Source: Truepera sp. (GTDB lineage Bacteria; Deinococcota; Deinococci; Deinococcales; Trueperaceae). Taken from it: a stretch of 64,000 nt of DNA. The notes under the pieces were generated by a model. It saw nothing but the letters and a program-made list of their open reading frames with translations, made no database searches and was not told where the DNA came from. This document shows, piece after piece, positions 58,191 to 64,000 of the stretch; within the stretch, counting starts at the first letter, position 1; each line of letters starts with the position of its first letter. The stretch is taken from assembly GCA_965218435.1 (NCBI GenBank), contig CBDCKW010000005.1, positions 320,001-384,000 of the forward strand. Direction: 5' to 3'. Position numbers and translations under genes: made by a program.

Positions 58191-58458
58191 AGCTGCCCAC
58201 GCCGCCTTTCCCAAAGGCCACCGTTACTTAACGCTCCGGGATGAACTAGGCACCATCTTCACCGACGAAATGTTTGCTGACTTTCCCACAACCGGGCACT
58301 CAGTAAAAGCGCCGTGGCGGTTAGCTCTAATGACCACCGTGCAGTTTGCTGAAGATCTATCCAATCTTTACCCACCACAAGTCTCAAGCGTCCAGCCAAG
58401 CTATAAACAAACATTTCACAAGCAGGAGTATCATGAAATAAACCACTAACTCATGCGT

Positions 58459-58705
58459 CTACCATTCACTCACGGTCTTTTTAAGCTGCTGATTATCCGT
58501 TTTAGCGTAGGTTCTGGCGGTATCTAAACCGTTATGCCGCAAATGGTCGGCGACATAGGCCAGATCACCGGTTTCTTGGTGAAGCCGCGTACCGCACGCG
58601 TGCCGGAGGGCGTGAACGCCTTTGAAGGTGACGTTGGCGGTGCGGCAGGCGACCTCGAGCCGTTTAGACACGACCTGCCGGTTGCGCATCGGCAAAACGT
58701 AGCCT
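58459..58705 (-). pseudogene. Tyrosine recombinase C-terminal fragment
   Basis: FKGVHALRHACG...VADHLRH...TY; similar to 51650-51902. Confidence 0.85.
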
Positions 58706-58835
58706 TGGCGCTTCGCTCCTGCCTGACCCCGTGGACCCACGCAATCTGCACATTTATCCCTACTAAGACAAGCCCCACATCTCTCACGCGGTAGTGCTTC
58801 TCAGTCTACCCGTAACCTAAACGCTGACCGTATTG
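58706..58835 (-). pseudogene. Decayed paralogue fragment of the 59125-59883 protein
   Basis: VRDVGLVLVG...GVRQERS resembles [10 protein letters not shown]...VRRVRSD. Confidence 0.5.
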
Positions 58836-58929
58836 GTAAGGCTCACTGAAGCGGTCGTCGTCACACGCCTCGAGCCGGGCTAAGCTCTACTCGAGAACGC
58901 CTAACAAAACACTCAAGCAACTACAATCG

Positions 58930-58950
58930 TACATCTTATTAAAACGTACA
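58930..58950. promoter_or_regulatory. 21-bp conserved site, copy 2 (TACATCTTATTAAAACGTACA)
   Basis: One mismatch to the reverse complement of 59081-59101. Confidence 0.7.
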
Positions 58951-59080
58951 GCCACTCACACCCTCGAGCACTCATTCTCTCATCCTCCCTCCTTGGGTCT
59001 GGTCTCCTCATTGGTAAACCATCTGGTAAACCAAATGGGGAAAGCTCGAGTTGTTATAAGGGGTTTGGCGGAAGCAGGGT

Positions 59081-59101
59081 TGTACGTTTTAATAAGGTGT
59101 A
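59081..59101. promoter_or_regulatory. 21-bp conserved site, copy 3 (TGTACGTTTTAATAAGGTGTA)
   Basis: Immediately upstream of the AGGAGG SD of 59125. Confidence 0.7.
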
Positions 59102-59124
59102 TAGTGATTTAGGAGGTAAGAGTT

Positions 59125-59883
59125 GTGGAAGGCGTTGAAAGCCGAGCTGATAGGACCTACGCCCACTTTCACCGGGTTTTAGGGACGTTGCTGACAGAGC
59201 TGGGGGCGTTGCCAGGGGTGATCTGGCTGACCGACCAGCGGCACGTGTTACGTGGTGGCGGGGAGCGTAACGACTACGCCTGGGCGATCTACCGGGTAGG
59301 TGAGTTGGGGCCTTACCTCGCGTCGTTAGCTGAACTGGAAGCGGTGCAGCAGCGAGCCGTAACCGAGATGGGCTTAGGACGGGTGCCTAGAGAGCTGCTG
59401 TTACCGCAGGTGATCGAAGGGGTGACCTATGTCCAGCTAGGGGAGAGTGGAGGCTACCGGAGTTCTCCTAAGGAGAAGAAGGCTGTGCTGGCCATCCTCG
59501 AGACCGCCCTTAAAACCACCCGGAAGAATCTAGGTGAGTTCCAGCGGTATGGAGGGGAAGACGAAGGTACCCGGCGGTTAGGGGCTGAAGTCGAGGCCAT
59601 CGAAAAGGTTAAAGAAACGGTGTTAGGCGCACCCGAGCAGCCCTACCGCGTCAGGGTCTGGCAACCCCAACGGTTTAATCCCTATATCTACCAGAGTGAC
59701 GCCGAGCCCAGACAAGTCAGGTGTCGGAAACATGGGCTGATTCTAGTAGGTAAGTCCATCGGGATGAGGCCGCCCCGTCAGGTAAGACGGGTGCGGAGCG
59801 ATAAGCGGGAACTCGAACCTCTATTCGCGTTTGGTAGGACGGAAGTCTATCTTGAAAGCGACTGGCAGGAGGCGAAGGGGTGA
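59125..59883 (+). CDS. Hypothetical protein; candidate remote Tus (replication terminus-binding) homologue
   Basis: Clear ORF with SD AGGAGG; by-eye similarity to Tus (see findings); the confidence value refers to the Tus call. Confidence 0.55.
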   Translation: [252 protein letters not shown]

Positions 59884-59955
59884 GATGAGGAGCAGCAAAG
59901 TTGGGCTAAGCATGTTATAGTTCGACTAGACAGACTAGTTAGATAGGAAGAATAT

Positions 59956-60210
59956 ATGGATAGAACCTGGCAGCTTCAAAAAGCGAAAAGTCATCTGTCG
60001 GAGGTCATTGAACGGGCTAAAACAGGGGAGACGCAGGTCATCACTCGGCGTGGCGAAAAGGCTGTGGTGGTAATCGACTACGAGCGTTACCTAAACCTAA
60101 CCGGACAGACGAAGCGTTTGCTCGAGGTCTTGCGCGGTGCGCCGCCTTTTACCGATGAATTACTGGTCGAACGTGATTTGAACCCCGGACGCGATGTTTC
60201 TTTCGAGTGA
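59956..60210 (+). CDS. Phd/YefM antitoxin
   Basis: WQLQKAKSHLSEVIERA...QVITRRG. Confidence 0.92.
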   Translation: MDRTWQLQKAKSHLSEVIERAKTGETQVITRRGEKAVVVIDYERYLNLTGQTKRLLEVLRGAPPFTDELLVERDLNPGRDVSFE

Positions 60211-60638
60211 GTTATCTGCTCGATACCAACGTGGTGTCCGAAGCCAGACGAATACGTCCAAACGAGCATGTTTTACACTGGCTGGCCCATCAACCGCTTA
60301 CCGCAACCTACCTATCAGTCATTACTTTGGGGGAACTCGAGGAAGGCATCTCGGCGCTCGGTGAAACGCACCGAGCTGAAGCGTTACGAGCTTGGCTGAC
60401 TCAGCTTGAAGAGAGTTTTGTTGGGCGTATTCTCGATGTCGACCGGAGCGTCGTGAGGACTTGGGGACGTATCCAGGCAGAGGCGAAACGGCAGGGCCGT
60501 ACCCCACCAGCGATCGACGCACTAATTGCAGCCACGGCCATCACCCATGAGCTAGTGCTGGTCACTCGGAATATTGAGGACGTGGCCGCACTCCCCGTCG
60601 AGACGTTGAATCCTTGGATGTTTGGAGACAGTGAATGA
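60207..60638 (+). CDS. vapC: VapC PIN toxin
   Basis: YLLDTNVVSE, LSVITLGEL, DALIAATA, LVTRN. Confidence 0.94.
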   Translation: MSYLLDTNVVSEARRIRPNEHVLHWLAHQPLTATYLSVITLGELEEGISALGETHRAEALRAWLTQLEESFVGRILDVDRSVVRTWGRIQAEAKRQGRTPPAIDALIAATAITHELVLVTRNIEDVAALPVETLNPWMFGDSE

Positions 60639-60931
60639 GCGACATCGGGGAGAGGATGATTCGTGAGTTGCAGGCGATTTGTAAGGTACCCGAGGCTTCT
60701 CAAACGCTAGGATTTAGTAAGAAAGCGCAACCGGTTTATGTGTTCGTCAAGCATTCACCAGAGAGCCTCTGGTACAACCGGGATAAAGCAGTAGGGGAGA
60801 ACGTACCGATTCTCGAGCGTGACCTGACCGGCTACCTGGTCAACCTCTGGCGGTATGAAAGACAAGACGACGCGACCGGTGAAGTCGTACCCAAACTCAT
60901 GGTGCAAGTTCACGCCGACCGGGAATACTGA
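60635..60931 (+). pseudogene. Truncated copy of the 24919-25485 hypothetical gene
   Basis: First ~84 aa identical, then stops at 98 aa. Confidence 0.8.
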
Positions 60932-61001
60932 GCTTACGCATGAATGTTTGTCCTCCGTATTGCTGGCGTCCGAAAACAGGTTCGCTCTCTGACAGTGGTG
61001 T

Positions 61002-61544
61002 CTAAACTCGGTAGCTTAGTAATACAACACCTGAATCGAACGTTTGAGTACCTGTTAGCTGCAACTTGCTATCAATGCCATTTTGGAAAAGTCGCCGCCC
61101 GCGACCAAGAATCTCTGGGTAAACGAACAAGCGATACTCGTCCACCAGTCCAGCTTGTGCAAGTGACTGTGCAAGGCTAATACTGCCGGAAACAACAAGA
61201 TCTGCGCCTTCTTGATCCTTTAGTGCCGCAATCTCGTCAGTAAGTTGCCCCCGCAAGATTGTGGTGTTTTGCCAGTCCGCCTCCTTGAGTGTCGAGGAAA
61301 AGACGTACTTTTGCGTGCGATTGAGGTAATCGGTGACGCCGGTTGTGTCGTTCGTTTGTTTCGGCCAGAAGCTTTTGAACTCTTCATAGGTGGTGCGACC
61401 CAGCAACACCGCGCCCGTCGTCGCCATCTGCTCGCGGTTGGTTGCCGCCATGTCGTCGCCGCCTTCAGTGGGCGAAAACCACTTGTCCATTTCATCCGCT
61501 ACACCGTCTAACGTGATGTTTGTAGTGACGACGAGCTTACGCAT
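61002..61544 (-). CDS. RibD C-terminal / dihydrofolate reductase-like protein
   Basis: ITLDG, LLGRTTYE, KYVFS, GLVDEYRLFVYP. Confidence 0.92.
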   Translation of the reverse strand: MRKLVVTTNITLDGVADEMDKWFSPTEGGDDMAATNREQMATTGAVLLGRTTYEEFKSFWPKQTNDTTGVTDYLNRTQKYVFSSTLKEADWQNTTILRGQLTDEIAALKDQEGADLVVSGSISLAQSLAQAGLVDEYRLFVYPEILGRGRRLFQNGIDSKLQLTGTQTFDSGVVLLSYRV

Positions 61545-61610
61545 ATTTGTCCTCCTTAGGAAATAGTCGATGCTCTATGGATCAGCTTCCGACGGACCGG
61601 CTGATCGCGC

Positions 61611-62165
61611 TCAGCGGACGGTCGGGACGTAGACGAGCTGCTGCACGCGCCCGTCGTACAGCCGTGAGTCGACGAGCTCGAGGTCGATATCGGGCAGGCC
61701 GGCCAGGATCGGGTTCGTTCCCGACACCCCGGTAATGACGGGGAACACCATCACCTCCAACCGATCCACCAAGCCGGCAGCGAGCAGTGCGCGGTTCATC
61801 GAGATGCTGCCATGGGAGTACAGCGGGACGGACGACTCTGCCTTCAAGCGTGGAACGGCCTCGAGCGCATCCGCCGCAATAAGCGTCGAGTTTGCCCACA
61901 TCAGCGGCTTCTTCAGCGTTCGGGAGATCACAATCTTTTGGGCCGCGCTGAGCGACGCAAAGTTCAGATCATCCTCAAACTGCGCAGCGAAACGCGCCAT
62001 CATACGGTAGGTATTTGCCCCGAATACCAGCGTCTGGTTCTTTCCCGCGAAGAAGCTCTCGGTATGCCACGCACGCAACTCTGGGCCACCCTTGCCCCAG
62101 TACCCAACAGTTCCTGTGCCGAAGCCGTCCAGGGTGGTGAACAGGTTAACCGTGAATGTCGCCAT
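61611..62165 (-). CDS. RibD C-terminal / dihydrofolate reductase-like protein
   Basis: FTTLDG, FGANTY, HGSIS, GLVDRL. Confidence 0.9.
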   Translation of the reverse strand: MATFTVNLFTTLDGFGTGTVGYWGKGGPELRAWHTESFFAGKNQTLVFGANTYRMMARFAAQFEDDLNFASLSAAQKIVISRTLKKPLMWANSTLIAADALEAVPRLKAESSVPLYSHGSISMNRALLAAGLVDRLEVMVFPVITGVSGTNPILAGLPDIDLELVDSRLYDGRVQQLVYVPTVR

Positions 62166-62359
62166 AATGCTTATCCTCCTTATCACTGCGAGTTGAACCA
62201 CTCGATCTGGGCCTTAGCATGAATAGCGCAGCCTCGACGCGATGCGGCTAACGCCTGCTTGTCGAACAGATGTCCAAAAAAACTCGTGTCAGGGTGCTTT
62301 TACAACGTTCCACAAGACGACTTGCATCTATAACTTCGCCTTCCTCTCTTTGGGCGACA

Positions 62360-62779
62360 TTAGCTGTTTTGCTCCGAATTGTACGCGTCGAGCGGCGTCG
62401 TAACCGCGATACGGCGCGTTCCGTCGGGAAGGGTCACGATCTGGTAGGCGTTGCGCTCCTTGCCGACTGGAGCACCGTGCTGGTCGAGGTTCTCGAGCAC
62501 AAGATGCCCTACCCAAACGCCGGGTACCTCAATCTCAGTGACGATGTCGCGGGCGCGGACGCCTTGAATTTGGCGTGAGCGGTAGAAGTCCTGACCCTGG
62601 TGAAAGAAGTCGCGGGTCTGTTGCGGCTTGATGATAGCTTGACACCCCATGGCGGTGACAGCTAGGGCTGGGTAGTTGTAGATGTCGGCAAGGCCATCGA
62701 GGTTGCCTTCGGTGAGATACCTGGTATAGCGGTCGAAAAAAACTTCGATGGGTTCGGTCGCTTCAGCGATGTGCGTCAC
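62360..62779 (-). CDS. NTF2/SnoaL-like hypothetical protein
   Basis: FFDRY...LADIYNYP helix start followed by a beta-rich C-terminus; SD GGGAG. Confidence 0.6.
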   Translation of the reverse strand: MTHIAEATEPIEVFFDRYTRYLTEGNLDGLADIYNYPALAVTAMGCQAIIKPQQTRDFFHQGQDFYRSRQIQGVRARDIVTEIEVPGVWVGHLVLENLDQHGAPVGKERNAYQIVTLPDGTRRIAVTTPLDAYNSEQNS

Positions 62780-62937
62780 GTTTTCTCCCTTCCGCAGTTT
62801 CTCTTAAGCGTACCGATGCATCCTTCGCAACAAATTTTTTCGGTCGCTCAACGGAGTCATCCATGTCTGTATACTCCAACCAATTTTGATTTCGCGCAGA
62901 CTCTTTTGGCTTCACTGCGTCAATCAATACCTTTTTG

Positions 62938-63312
62938 TCAGGAACTGCCGCTCGTTTCTAGGTGTCCTATAACTGTTACCCGCACGCCGTTAGGATCAAT
63001 CACTGAGAAACGACGTATGCCCCAGGGTTTGTCCTCGAGCGGCTCGACGAGCGGAAATCCCTGCTTCGTGAGTCTTTCATAGAGTAATTGAACTTGATCG
63101 GCATTCCCGACATCTATAGCAAAACCAGGCGGAAGGCTGGGATGTCCGTTATCATTCACAGTCAATTGGGCGGTGGGATTTGTTGACGAGTTTAGCATTA
63201 AAAACATGCCGTCCTCCATACCGATCTCGAGGCCCAGCAAACTGCAGTAAAAAGTTTTAGTAGCCGCGAGGTCGCGGGAGCGGAGTTCCGGAATGATACG
63301 CGGGATGGGCAT
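62938..63312 (-). CDS. VOC/glyoxalase family protein
   Basis: FY-LLG; PWGIRRFSVIDPNG. Confidence 0.92.
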   Translation of the reverse strand: MPIPRIIPELRSRDLAATKTFYCSLLGLEIGMEDGMFLMLNSSTNPTAQLTVNDNGHPSLPPGFAIDVGNADQVQLLYERLTKQGFPLVEPLEDKPWGIRRFSVIDPNGVRVTVIGHLETSGSS

Positions 63313-63321
63313 AGTCTCGTC

Positions 63322-64000
63322 TTATTCCTTTCCAATCTCGAGCGTCACTTTAGGCATCGTGTCCAGCCTCAACCCTGGCAGGTCGGGCTCGAGATAGCAC
63401 TCATCCGCTCCGTCTCCCTGTAAGAACCTCCCGAAAAACGCCGTGGCGAAATGCTTGATCAGCGCGTGCGCCTGAGATTGGCTCCACACCGGGTCAAAGC
63501 AGTTCTCGACCCCGCGCACCGACTCGGGGCATTCGGCGTAAGGGTTATGCTCCGCACCCTCTAAGGTCAGCAGGAACTTACTTTTTGAACCGGCGCGGCG
63601 GAAGTATTCGAGCCCGTTTTGCGCGTACACGGCCACCGTGTCACCGCTCCCGGCAGCGACGAAAAAGGGCACCTTGAGCTTGGCTAAGGACGCCGCCCCG
63701 AGCCAAGGCTCGCCGTAAGGGGCCATGACGAAGATCGCTTTAATCCGTGGGTCAGCCTTGATGGTTGCGCCTCGAGACGGCTCGAGGTCGTCAAATGCGG
63801 GCAGTGCAAAACACGGCGCTTCATCGTTCGTTTTCCGGCAAAAAGCCGCGAACGCTTCGCCGTTGAGGGGCACCCCGGCGGCGTTGACAGCGCTATAACC
63901 GCCGTAACTGTAGCCCACCAAGCCGACGTTCGTGTTGTCGGCATTGGCGACATGTTTGGGCAACTCATTTACGGCAAAGAGGATGTCTTCGGGGCGGTAG
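63322..64000 (-). CDS. Alpha/beta hydrolase (dienelactone-hydrolase-like), 5' end outside window
   Basis: RPEDI, GYSYGG, GSGD, AEHN; frame open to the window edge. Confidence 0.85.
   Translation of the reverse strand, partial: YRPEDILFAVNELPKHVANADNTNVGLVGYSYGGYSAVNAAGVPLNGEAFAAFCRKTNDEAPCFALPAFDDLEPSRGATIKADPRIKAIFVMAPYGEPWLGAASLAKLKVPFFVAAGSGDTVAVYAQNGLEYFRRAGSKSKFLLTLEGAEHNPYAECPESVRGVENCFDPVWSQSQAHALIKHFATAFFGRFLQGDGADECYLEPDLPGLRLDTMPKVTLEIGKE

Noticed and set aside
58930..59101. DdrO-binding RDRM motif
   Set aside because: Half-site spacing and ends differ from the 17-bp TTAYG-N7-CRTAA pattern as I recall it
1..64000. CRISPR array, tRNA, rRNA, plasmid rep or conjugation genes
   Set aside because: No regularly spaced repeats or recognisable motifs seen by eye, so the plasmid origin remains an inference

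Overview
Accessory, plasmid/island-like window from a GC-rich bacterium, inferred to be Deinococcota (Trueperaceae-like) from frequent leaderless TAnnnT-N6/7-start promoters and strong CTCGAG over-representation. The left third carries carbohydrate and redox genes: a sugar ABC operon with three MalK-type ATPases, an esterase, GH30 and GH18 lipoproteins, and ROK/TetR/AraC regulators. The remainder is a mosaic of IS elements (ISL3, IS1182, IS3, IS630, two IS5, IS6, IS110, IS200, ISAs1; most decayed or nested), a TelA/vWA operon, two phosphatases, four toxin-antitoxin modules and four tyrosine-recombinase genes or fragments. Highlights: (1) a CapH/CapP-like-regulated ubiquitination-like operon (Ubl, E2, JAB-E1) at 40.7-44.3 kb whose Ubl ends in DDNS rather than Gly and whose E2 and E1 lack the usual catalytic Cys; (2) a 252-aa protein at 59.1 kb that aligns by eye with the replication terminator Tus, with a 21-bp site in front of it and of two decayed paralogues; (3) a mirror-image integrase-vapC-abrB pair centred on a 15-bp-arm palindrome; (4) two related ~40-bp micro-insertions that break IS genes; (5) two diverged IS110 non-coding (bridge-RNA-like) ends. 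No rRNA, tRNA or CRISPR array was seen. All assignments are by eye; no searches were run.
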